Below are positions 1 through 8,026 of a DNA stretch of 64,000 bases, piece after piece. The position numbers and the translations under genes are program-made. The DNA is taken from contig JAOTUY010000005.1 of assembly GCA_029863625.1 (NCBI GenBank), forward strand, positions 1,495-65,494, written 5' to 3'. Below the pieces are notes generated by a model, which saw only the letters and a program-made list of their open reading frames with translations, was not told the origin of the DNA and did not search any database. Position 1 is the first letter of the stretch, and every line of letters begins with the position of its first letter. The DNA is from Acidimicrobiia bacterium. GTDB lineage: Bacteria; Actinomycetota; Acidimicrobiia; Spongiisociales; UBA4744.

Positions 1-52
1 TCGTCCGGGCCGCCGGTGCGGTCACGACGATCTCGTATCGCCCGGTGGTCAC
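1..52 (-). CDS. ParE/RelE-like toxin, N-terminal fragment truncated by the window edge
   Basis: Reverse strand from position 52 reads GTG ACC ACC GGG CGA TAC GAG ATC GTC GTG ACC GCA CCG GCG (VTTGRYEIVVTAPAARD...). This resembles the ParE/RelE N-terminal pattern (x-Y-x-[IV]-x-[FV]-[TS]-x-x-A-x-x-D-L). The GTG overlaps the stop of the upstream antitoxin as GTGA. Confidence 0.3.
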   Translation of the reverse strand, partial: MTTGRYEIVVTAPAART

Positions 53-318
53 CGAGGGCGCAGGGCTTGGACGGCCTCGACGCCGCGGACCACGTCACCG
101 TCCAGGTAGGCGCGGTGCGCCTCCACCAACTCCGCCACCGCCTCGGAGTCGCCGAGCATGGCCAGCGTTTCTTCGAGTGACTCAAGATCATCAGGGCTGA
201 TCAGCACCGCAGCGGGTGTGCCGTTCTTGGTGACGACCACCCGTTCATGGTGGGTTTGCACTCGGTCGATGAACTCCGAGAAGTGGTCCCGGACTGTACG
301 CAACGATTCACTGGACAT
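49..318 (-). CDS. Phd/YefM family antitoxin
   Basis: The translation MSSESLRTVRDHFSEFIDRVQTHHERVVVTKNGTPAAVLISPDDLESLEETLAMLGDSEAV is a textbook YefM/Phd core (VVxTKNGxPxAVLISxDDxESLEETLxxL). The start is taken at the internal Met because the long ORF's N-terminus (MWLFPFVDGCGTIVA) is not antitoxin-like. Confidence 0.8.
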   Translation of the reverse strand: MSSESLRTVRDHFSEFIDRVQTHHERVVVTKNGTPAAVLISPDDLESLEETLAMLGDSEAVAELVEAHRAYLDGDVVRGVEAVQALRPR

Positions 319-474
319 GGCCACAATTGTGCCACACCCGTCGACAAAAGGGAATAGCCACACCGATCACCAAACATGAGTCCGGTATTGGCACTCGATT
401 GCTGTTCAGACTGTCGACCACGCGGAATGGCGACTCCTAACCCCGCTTGTCTGGTCGGTTGTCGCTCAGTCTCC

Positions 475-502
475 GGTGTTGGGTGTTGGGTGTTGGGTGT
501 TG
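475..502. repeat. tandem heptamer (GGTGTTG)x4
   Basis: The sequence GGTGTTG GGTGTTG GGTGTTG GGTGTTG is read directly at 475-502, in non-coding-looking DNA between the TA module and the tRNA-like fragment. Confidence 0.7.
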
Positions 503-707
503 GTGGGCGTTCGTTTCTAGGCAGGATCACCCATTCAGGCGCACGAGGTGTTTCGTCGCCGAGGTGGACGACTAATCGACGCGACACATCACTCACACTC
601 CTGGGCCGCGACTGGGCGCGGGAGAACCGAAAACGACGCGAAATATCGCGAGCTGCTGCAAGCCAAAACATCAACGTTTATAAGAGTATTTGCCGGATCT
701 GCCCATG

Positions 708-771
708 GAGCCGGAACCCCCTGAATGGACTCTTAATCCCAAGGTCGTGAGTTCGATTCTCACCGGGCTCA
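708..771 (+). other. tRNA-Lys(CUU)-like 3' fragment (anticodon arm, variable loop, T-arm and acceptor 3' strand; no D-arm)
   Basis: 727-771 reads ggaCTCTTAAtcc-caaggtc-GTGAG-TTCGATT-CTCAC-cgggctc-a. That gives an anticodon loop CUCUUAA (anticodon CUU), a 5-nt variable loop, a perfect T stem-loop (GTGAG/TTCGATT/CTCAC) and an acceptor 3' strand plus discriminator. The only upstream complement is a 7-nt stretch gagccgg (708-714), 6/7 pairs. No D-arm (tagctcagttggtagagc-like) is present, so at 64 nt it is too short to be a functional tRNA. Confidence 0.45.
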
Positions 772-1024
772 CTGCTTGCCCATTCCCCTGTCGTTCCTTG
801 ATGCGACGATTTCCGGGTTCACAGAGATGAAACGAAGCATCCCACGCGTCCCGGGGAGACGGACCGCCGGACGCCCTGAATCAATATCAGGCTTCCCAGC
901 CCGGAATCGCGCAAGCAGCTTGAAGACGCGCGCCCAGCACGAACAACCGACCCGTCATCAAGCGCCAAGATCTGCAGCCAGCGCCACTCTCCTCCTAGGC
1001 TGCCCAAGAGGAGCGGGCTAGACC

Positions 1025-2029
1025 ATGACCATTGTGGTAACAGGCGCAAGTGGTTTCATAGGCGGAGAGCTCACCAGGATGCTCGTTGAACGAGGCGAGC
1101 AGGTACGGATCCTGGCGCGCCCCTCCAGCAACCTGGACCCCTTGGACGGCCTCCCTCTGGACATCGTTCGGGGCGAACTCGACGATTCTCCCGCACTGGC
1201 GCGCGCCATGTCGGCGGCGGACGTGGTTTTCCACTGCGCGGCGCTGGCGGCCGACTGGGGACCATGGAGCGACTTCGAACGGGCCAATGTGAGCGGGGTG
1301 AAGAACCTCCTCCAGGCGGCTGTCGACGCAGGGACGGTTCAGAGGTTCGTCCATGTCAGCACCTCCGACGTATACGGCTATCCACGAACGGCGGTCGACG
1401 AGTCCTACCCATTGCGCGACGTCGGATACAACTACAACCGCTCCAAGATCATGAGCGAGAGACTCGTCGATGAGTACCTCCATCAATTCGGCCTGCCGAC
1501 CACGATCATCCGACCAGTCACTGTCTTCGGACCGCGCAGTTTCACCTTCACTGTCGGTCTGAGCCGTCTCCTCCTGGACGGCGACTTGCCGTTTCTCGCC
1601 AAGGGAAGGGCGCGAGCCGGACTCATCTACATCGACGACCTGATAGAAGGCATGATCTCGGCCGCTTCGGAACCCGCCGCGATCGGACAGGCTTACAACC
1701 TGCGAGATCCGTCGAACATCACGTGGAGGGAGTCACTGCTCACGCTTGCGGACGGACTGGGGGCAAGTACGCGTCCGAGAAACATCCCCACGCCGGTGGC
1801 CGTCCTCGCCGCATTCGGGCTCGAGACCGCCTACTCGTTGTTCCGTATCAAAACCCGGCCTCTCCTCACCCGGCAGGTTGTGTATGCCATGACCCGCGAT
1901 CAGGGCTACCCGATAGAAAAGGCCGAGGATGAATTGGGTTTTGCCCCGACAATCGGGGTCGACGAGGGATTCCGCAGGACCATCGAATGGTTGCGGTCCG
2001 CTGAAGGCCAAAAGGCGCTGACGGACTAG
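1025..2029 (+). CDS. NAD-dependent epimerase/dehydratase (extended SDR family)
   Basis: The N-terminal Rossmann motif is VVTGASGFIGGEL, the length is 334 aa, and the ATG sits just after a GC-rich spacer. SDR epimerase-like conservation runs throughout (FHCAAL, YNRSK). Confidence 0.85.
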   Translation: MTIVVTGASGFIGGELTRMLVERGEQVRILARPSSNLDPLDGLPLDIVRGELDDSPALARAMSAADVVFHCAALAADWGPWSDFERANVSGVKNLLQAAVDAGTVQRFVHVSTSDVYGYPRTAVDESYPLRDVGYNYNRSKIMSERLVDEYLHQFGLPTTIIRPVTVFGPRSFTFTVGLSRLLLDGDLPFLAKGRARAGLIYIDDLIEGMISAASEPAAIGQAYNLRDPSNITWRESLLTLADGLGASTRPRNIPTPVAVLAAFGLETAYSLFRIKTRPLLTRQVVYAMTRDQGYPIEKAEDELGFAPTIGVDEGFRRTIEWLRSAEGQKALTD

Positions 2030-2036
2030 GCCGGTC

Positions 2037-4151
2037 TCAGGCTTCCATGACACCTTCCCGGGGCAGCAAAGCAGGAATGATGACCAGCGCCGTCAAAGCA
2101 GCAGTCGTCATCGACACCCACATGATCATCGAGATGTGCGGATGGATACGGAACGGCGACAGCCAGAGCGCGGTGAGCGCGACGGCGATCCCCAGGGCGT
2201 TGGCGATGATCGGTCGGCCGGCCCGGTCGACGGCTCGCAGGACATACCCGTTCCCCTCTCCACGAGCGAAATCGATGGCCGCCACGAAGTGAATGGCGTA
2301 GTCGATGCCGACCCCGATAACGATTGAAGAGATGACGGCCGTCACCAGATTGAGCTGAATGCCTGAAGCCGCGATGAACCCCAACAACATGGCACTGGTG
2401 AGCAACAGCGGCACCAGGCTCACGACGGTTTGGCGCCACTTGCGATAGGCCAAAGCCAGCATCAGGGTCACAAGACCGTAGGCGACGGCCAGGGAGATGA
2501 ACTGGGCTCGCAGGACCAACCGGGCCACTTCATCCCAGATGACGGGCATACCGGTCAGGATCCGGATCTCCTTCTTATCGTCGGCGTAATCGAGCCATCC
2601 CTGCAGATCTACGGTCTCGAAGGCACCCGGCAACAGCATGAACCGGAGTCCGTCCTCTGATGCCATCTGACCGAGCGGCAAGGGTGTTTCCCCGCTAAGT
2701 GCCCCCAGAAGCTGATCATCCGGGACCACCCCTTGTAGATCGGCCAGGCTGAAAATGGTCCGGATACCCGGGAGCTGTTCGAACTCCCTCGAGAGTTCCG
2801 CGACGGGGGCGAGACCGGCTAAGCCGTCAGCCCGATCGTAGGCGTACTCACCGATCAGAGGGGTTGCTCCGCCGAAGAGTTCCGCGGTCTTCTCAAATCC
2901 GAGGCGGACCGGGTCGTCTTTCTTGAAATAGATGAGCTGATCGCCGTCGACCTGCAGTTGCGGGATGAAGACGCCGGAAAAGGCAATCAGGACTCCGGCC
3001 AGAACCGCCGCTACCCACCGCCGCTTGGCCAGCTCTTTGACGGCAGACGTGAGACGGGGGCCGAGCAGCGCCGTGCGGTGCTTCGGTTCGACGTGAATCC
3101 GGCTGAGCAAAGCGGGTAGCGAGAAGAACGAGATGATGCCGGCGAAGACGATTCCGGCCGCTGTGAAGGATCCCAGCTGGGCGATCGGTGCGACGCCGGC
3201 AAATATCAGCGACAGAAACCCGGCGGCGGTGCTGATGGTGGTGAGGATCATCGGAACCCCGACCTGGCGGAGTGTCGACGTGACCCGATCGACTTCATCG
3301 GAGGTGCGGTCGACCTGTTCCTGGTAATGGGTGACGAAATGGAGACCGTCGGCGGAGCCCATCACGATCACGAAGATCGGCACCAGGATGGTGACAATGT
3401 CGACTTCTCGTCCCAGGGCGAAGATGAACCCGAACGTCCACACCGAGCCGAGTAGGGCGGGAAACACCGCGAATATGGTGAGTTTGCGGTCGCCTACGTT
3501 GGCGTAGAAAACGGCCAGTAATAAGAGGACGATGACCGGCGGGATCACAATGAGGAACCAGCTCATCTTGTCGAGCATCGAGGCGAAAATGACTGGATTG
3601 CCCGAGAGGGTCAGCTCCAACCCGTCGGGGGCAGTCACATCGTTCACCGCCTGCGCCACTGCCAGCGAATCGCCGAGCGGAACGACCAGCATCAGCGTGC
3701 TTCGGCCGTCATCACTGACCAGTAGATCGGCCAGGGGATTCTGTCCGAGGAGATCGGTGATTACCTGCTCGGGAACAAGGGCGATCTGGTCCGCCGTCAA
3801 TGGCGCACCGGTGAGCGGGTTGACCTCGGGAATGATCGAACCAACCTGGCCGACACCCTCGATACCGGCCAACGTGTCTCGAAGTTCGCCCACTGCCACC
3901 AGGAGATCCTTCTCGAGCAGGCTGCGACCCTCCGGTGCCGAGACCAGAACGTTGATCGGGTCACCCGTCTCGTACTTCTCCTGCAGGGCGACCCAGGCCT
4001 CACCCGTTTCGTTCCCCTCAGTGATGAACTTGGACACGTCGGCGTTGAACGACATCCGGAACAGCATGGCCAACGAGACGAGGGTGATGATCCCGGTGAT
4101 CGCCAGCACTCGCTTGGAGTGCTCAACAAGGAATCTGGCGATGCGGTCCAT
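2037..4151 (-). CDS. MMPL family (RND superfamily) membrane transporter
   Basis: 704 aa. An N-terminal TM helix (VLAITGIITLVSLAMLF) is followed by a large periplasmic domain and two blocks of about six TM helices (e.g. VIVMGSADGLHFVTHY, GIGVGIDYAIHFV), the classic MMPL/RND layout. Confidence 0.85.
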   Translation of the reverse strand: MDRIARFLVEHSKRVLAITGIITLVSLAMLFRMSFNADVSKFITEGNETGEAWVALQEKYETGDPINVLVSAPEGRSLLEKDLLVAVGELRDTLAGIEGVGQVGSIIPEVNPLTGAPLTADQIALVPEQVITDLLGQNPLADLLVSDDGRSTLMLVVPLGDSLAVAQAVNDVTAPDGLELTLSGNPVIFASMLDKMSWFLIVIPPVIVLLLLAVFYANVGDRKLTIFAVFPALLGSVWTFGFIFALGREVDIVTILVPIFVIVMGSADGLHFVTHYQEQVDRTSDEVDRVTSTLRQVGVPMILTTISTAAGFLSLIFAGVAPIAQLGSFTAAGIVFAGIISFFSLPALLSRIHVEPKHRTALLGPRLTSAVKELAKRRWVAAVLAGVLIAFSGVFIPQLQVDGDQLIYFKKDDPVRLGFEKTAELFGGATPLIGEYAYDRADGLAGLAPVAELSREFEQLPGIRTIFSLADLQGVVPDDQLLGALSGETPLPLGQMASEDGLRFMLLPGAFETVDLQGWLDYADDKKEIRILTGMPVIWDEVARLVLRAQFISLAVAYGLVTLMLALAYRKWRQTVVSLVPLLLTSAMLLGFIAASGIQLNLVTAVISSIVIGVGIDYAIHFVAAIDFARGEGNGYVLRAVDRAGRPIIANALGIAVALTALWLSPFRIHPHISMIMWVSMTTAALTALVIIPALLPREGVMEA

Positions 4152-4386
4152 GGCTTCCTTTCGATGGCCACACTAGATCAACCACTTTGACCATCCCCTC
4201 CAGATGAGCCAGCCAAATCCTGGGACATATGCACGGGCCGGATGGAACAGGACTCGTTATGCAAGAAATCCGCCCTTCGACTTAGAAGGAACCGGTGGCA
4301 TGCACCATCCGAACCGTTATTGTCGCGCTCCCCGGTGCAGGGTGGAGGACTCTCCTTCACTCAATCCGGATTGGAAGAGGTAGGGA

Positions 4387-5670
4387 ATGTCCAGAAGCGG
4401 CTTGCGTCATGAGCGAGTCCTCGACCTGATCGAGACGTCGATGGGACATGGTGTCGAGGCCGGCGTCATCCGCCTCCGCGTCGACGACCAAGCTTCGGCG
4501 GGCGACACCATCACCTTGGGCGGCCGACCCCTGGTCAATTTCGGTTCCTGCGCCTATCTGGGCCTCAATGTCGATCCACGACTGAAGCAGGGAGCTATCG
4601 ATGCGATTCGACGTTTTGGGCCGGTCTTCTCGTCTTCGACCGCCTACACCTCAATAGATCTCTACACATTGCTCGAGGACCGGCTCGCCCAAATGTTTGG
4701 GACGGGGCACATTGTTCTCCCGGCCACTACCACGCTCGGCCACCTTGCGGCCCTCCCTGTTCTCGTTTCGCCGGACGATGTTGTTCTGATCGACACCCAG
4801 TCTCATGCTTCACTACGCCTCGCCACAGATGTCCTGCGGGGAAGGGGAGTGTCTGTCACCGATCTTCCTCACAACGACATGTCTGCGCTGGAGTCAGCCA
4901 TCCAAAAGGCCGAATCCAACCGTGTCTGCCGTATCTGGTATATGGCCGACGGGATCTACTCAATGCATGGGGACGTCGCCCCGGTACACACGATCGCCGA
5001 CCTGCTGGATCGCCACCCGGCTCTGCATGTTTATCTGGATGATGCCCATGGTTTCGGATGGCGCGGGAAACACGGGCGGGGCTATGTGCTCGACAAGACC
5101 CCACTGCATGAGCGCATGGTGATAGTGGTTTCGCTGGCGAAGTCGTTCGGTACCGGGGGCGCCGCGCTTCTGTTCGCAGATCCCGCGACCGCCCGACGGG
5201 TCTGGCTCACCGGCGGCACGCTCACCTTCTCCGGGCCCATCCATCCGGCCGAACTCGGAGCTGCCGTCGCCGCGGCCGAAATCCACCTGTCCGACGAGCA
5301 GGCGGAGCGCCAAACCAAGCTGATCCGCCAAATCGACTTCGTCAGAGATCTGTTGGTCGAGCATCAGCTTCCGGTCGTGTCCCTCGACCCGACCCCAATC
5401 TGGTTCATTCGGGTGGGTCGCCACGACCAAGCGATCAACTTGGCGAAGCGGCTCATGCAGGACGGTTTCTACACCAATACGTCGGCATTTCCGGCCGTGC
5501 CGCGCGGGAAGGGCGGGATTCGCTTCACGCAAACGCTATATCAGACGGATGATCAGATACGCGCGCTCATTAATTCTATGGCCCGACACGTGCCAGAAGT
5601 TGTCGACGAACCGGGAGTAATCGTGGATCTGACCGAAGAAACAGCGCAGCCCGCGGCCAAGAGCGCCTGA
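4387..5670 (+). CDS. PLP-dependent alpha-oxoamine synthase family acyltransferase (8-amino-7-oxononanoate synthase / serine palmitoyltransferase-like)
   Basis: 427 aa with aminotransferase class I/II fold features: GSCAYLGL, a DDAHGFGW-type PLP aspartate region, and SLAKSFGTGGA with the Schiff-base lysine. It is divergent from the MMPL gene. Confidence 0.8.
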   Translation: MSRSGLRHERVLDLIETSMGHGVEAGVIRLRVDDQASAGDTITLGGRPLVNFGSCAYLGLNVDPRLKQGAIDAIRRFGPVFSSSTAYTSIDLYTLLEDRLAQMFGTGHIVLPATTTLGHLAALPVLVSPDDVVLIDTQSHASLRLATDVLRGRGVSVTDLPHNDMSALESAIQKAESNRVCRIWYMADGIYSMHGDVAPVHTIADLLDRHPALHVYLDDAHGFGWRGKHGRGYVLDKTPLHERMVIVVSLAKSFGTGGAALLFADPATARRVWLTGGTLTFSGPIHPAELGAAVAAAEIHLSDEQAERQTKLIRQIDFVRDLLVEHQLPVVSLDPTPIWFIRVGRHDQAINLAKRLMQDGFYTNTSAFPAVPRGKGGIRFTQTLYQTDDQIRALINSMARHVPEVVDEPGVIVDLTEETAQPAAKSA

Positions 5671-5734
5671 AACACCGTCGAGCGCCCGGCAAGACCAACC
5701 CCTTCAGTTCCTGGTCCTGACCTGCCGATATCTG

Positions 5735-7429
5735 TTGCGAATGCAATCGACGGCCCCCCGTTATCGAACCGTTCTCAGGGGCACCGTCCCAACGGGATTC
5801 CGATGGGGCGTCGCTCTTGTTTTGGTGGCGCTCACCCTGGCATGCGCAGCGGTCATAACCATCCCTGCGCAAAAGGACGCGATCGGCCCACCTGGTATGT
5901 TGATCGGAGTGGGGGCCGTAGGCATTCTGCTGGTGCGGTCCTCCCGCCACATGGACGGTCGCGACCGCCGGGCCTGGCGGTTGATCGGAATGGGTTTCCT
6001 GGTAGTTGGGGTTGGCATTCTCACCATTGCGATCCTGGACGTGGCATTCGGCCCGATACCGGCATTTGGACCTCCCGATATCATCGTTATCGCCGGGTAC
6101 GCCCTTGTTCTCGCCGGATTCGGCTCACTGCCCCATCTCAGCACCAGCAAACCACAGCGGGTCCGTATCTACCTCGACAGCGCGATCGGCGCCATCTCAC
6201 TTGCCGTCGTGATGTGGGTGCTGTTTCTCGACGAGCTCATCGCTGCTTTCGCGCAGGCGAATGCGTGGGAAAGGTGGGCAGGATCCATCTACCCGATTCT
6301 CGACGTTGCTGCCTTGATGGTCGTGGTCATCGTGACGGTGCGCCGCAGCAGCTACCGGTTCGACCTTCGGCTCATGTTGTTCGGGGTCGGCATCGTGGTT
6401 CAGTCATTGGCGGATCTGACCCTTTTGAAATCGGGTTTCGGTCAGACCTTCGGCGAGGCCGAACCCAACTACGTCATGTTTCTCCTTGCGGCCCTCGCAT
6501 ACGTGGCCGCTGCCAGCAACGCCAACCGACAGCCAAAACCCCGAGCTTATGCGGATCGCAGGGCTTCCCTGATATCGATGGTGGCGCCCTACTCCGCGGC
6601 GGGGATCTTGGTCATTGTCCTGATAATCGAGATGCAAGCGTCGCAGCTGACGACTAATGCCAGGATCGTTCTCTACGCCACCCTATCCGTCGGAGTTCTG
6701 GTCATCATCAGACAGGGAGTGGCGATTGGCGAAAACCGTCAGCTGGTCGAAAGGCAGCGTGCCGAATTAGTGTCGTCGATCTCCCACGAGTTGCGGACGC
6801 CCCTCACCGCCATTGTCGGGTTCCTCGATGTCATGACCGACGAGGAGGCAGGGATAGATGAAGCGGAGACTCGTGAACTCACCGAAGTCATCCATGAACA
6901 AGCCCGGCACATGTCCCAGATCGTGTCAGATCTAATCCTTCTCGCTCGAGGATCACCCGACGAGTTGACGCTCAAGGAATCCCTGGTCTCGATCGCCGAT
7001 CTGGTCAAGGGCGCCGTGAGATCAGTCGAGCAGAAGACCACATCTCTGACCATCGAAGTTGAAACCCACCTTCAGGGCAGCCTCGATGCCGGTCGAGTTC
7101 AACAGGTCATCGTCAACCTCCTGACCAACGCTGTTCGCTACGGAGGAGACAGAAGCCTGATCGTGGTAAAACGGGAAGGAACCGATCTGGCCATAGAGGT
7201 CCACGACAACGGCCCCGGCGTGCCCAAGAAGTTCGAGTTGGCGATCTGGGAACGCTTCGAGCGGGGGCCGAATCGTTTCAACGCCAGCACTCCCGGATCT
7301 GGTATCGGCCTGGCCGTGGTGGATGCCATCACAAGGGCACACCACGGCAGCACCGCCTATCGGCAATCGGAACGCCTGGGTGGCGCCTGCTTCCGGGTGG
7401 TACTGCCCAACCGAGTCAAAGCGGCCTAA
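5735..7429 (+). CDS. membrane sensor histidine kinase
   Basis: The N-terminal roughly 330 aa carry many TM helices. They are followed by an HisKA H-box (SHELRTPLTAIVGF) and HATPase_c N/G boxes (NLLTNAVRYGG, GSGIGLAVV). Confidence 0.85.
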   Translation: MRMQSTAPRYRTVLRGTVPTGFRWGVALVLVALTLACAAVITIPAQKDAIGPPGMLIGVGAVGILLVRSSRHMDGRDRRAWRLIGMGFLVVGVGILTIAILDVAFGPIPAFGPPDIIVIAGYALVLAGFGSLPHLSTSKPQRVRIYLDSAIGAISLAVVMWVLFLDELIAAFAQANAWERWAGSIYPILDVAALMVVVIVTVRRSSYRFDLRLMLFGVGIVVQSLADLTLLKSGFGQTFGEAEPNYVMFLLAALAYVAAASNANRQPKPRAYADRRASLISMVAPYSAAGILVIVLIIEMQASQLTTNARIVLYATLSVGVLVIIRQGVAIGENRQLVERQRAELVSSISHELRTPLTAIVGFLDVMTDEEAGIDEAETRELTEVIHEQARHMSQIVSDLILLARGSPDELTLKESLVSIADLVKGAVRSVEQKTTSLTIEVETHLQGSLDAGRVQQVIVNLLTNAVRYGGDRSLIVVKREGTDLAIEVHDNGPGVPKKFELAIWERFERGPNRFNASTPGSGIGLAVVDAITRAHHGSTAYRQSERLGGACFRVVLPNRVKAA

Positions 7430-7592
7430 GCAGTTCCTCGTTTCTTGTTTCTCGTTCCCGGTTCGTGGTGTTCTCTCGGCCACCAGGGGGCAAGCGGCCT
7501 GGAAGGGCTGACTTTCTTACGTCTTCCCTCGGCGTCAGCCGGTGGAGCTGGTCGGTTCGAAGAGAGTCGAGCCTGAGGGGCAAAAGACCCGC

Positions 7593-7976
7593 CTACGCCA
7601 CCCCGACTAGATCGGTCACCGCTCTGCGAAAACTGTCGACGTCGAAAGGCTTGGTTAGGTAACCGTTCGCCCCGGACAATCGAGCCCTCTGTTGCGTCTC
7701 GGCGTCGTCGCGAGCCGTGACGATCAGCACCGGTACCATAGCGGTCCGGGGTTCGGCTCTCAGCCGGCCCAGAATCGCCCAGCCGTCCACCCCGGGAAGG
7801 GCGAGATCCAACACCACGAGATCGAAATCCTGGGTGGCGATCGCCTTGAGGGCCGCGGACCCGGTGGTGCAGATGACCGGCTCGAAGCCGGACCCATCCA
7901 GGGTGCGCTCCTCAACCCTCGACGTCGCTTCGGTGTCCTCTACGACCAGGACTTTGCGTTTCACGGTTTTGATCAT
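7593..7976 (-). CDS. single-domain response regulator (CheY-like receiver)
   Basis: 127 aa: KVLVVEDTE...DLVVLDLALPGVDGW...VLIVTA...TKPF. It has the receiver Asp pocket and a conserved Lys, and no output domain. Confidence 0.85.
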   Translation of the reverse strand: MIKTVKRKVLVVEDTEATSRVEERTLDGSGFEPVICTTGSAALKAIATQDFDLVVLDLALPGVDGWAILGRLRAEPRTAMVPVLIVTARDDAETQQRARLSGANGYLTKPFDVDSFRRAVTDLVGVA

Positions 7977-8026
7977 ATGAACCTCGGCGGTTTCACACCA
8001 GGAAGAAGGCGAACCTCCCCCTCTTT

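Noticed and set aside
376-750. 124-aa ORF spanning the heptamer repeat and the tRNA-like fragment
   Set aside because: It runs through the (GGTGTTG)x4 array and the tRNA-Lys-like sequence. The product is Cys/Arg-rich and there is no RBS, so it was treated as non-coding.
3532-4176. 214-aa plus-strand ORF
   Set aside because: Antisense to the MMPL transporter gene, Ser/Thr/Arg-rich, with no motif. An artefact of high GC.
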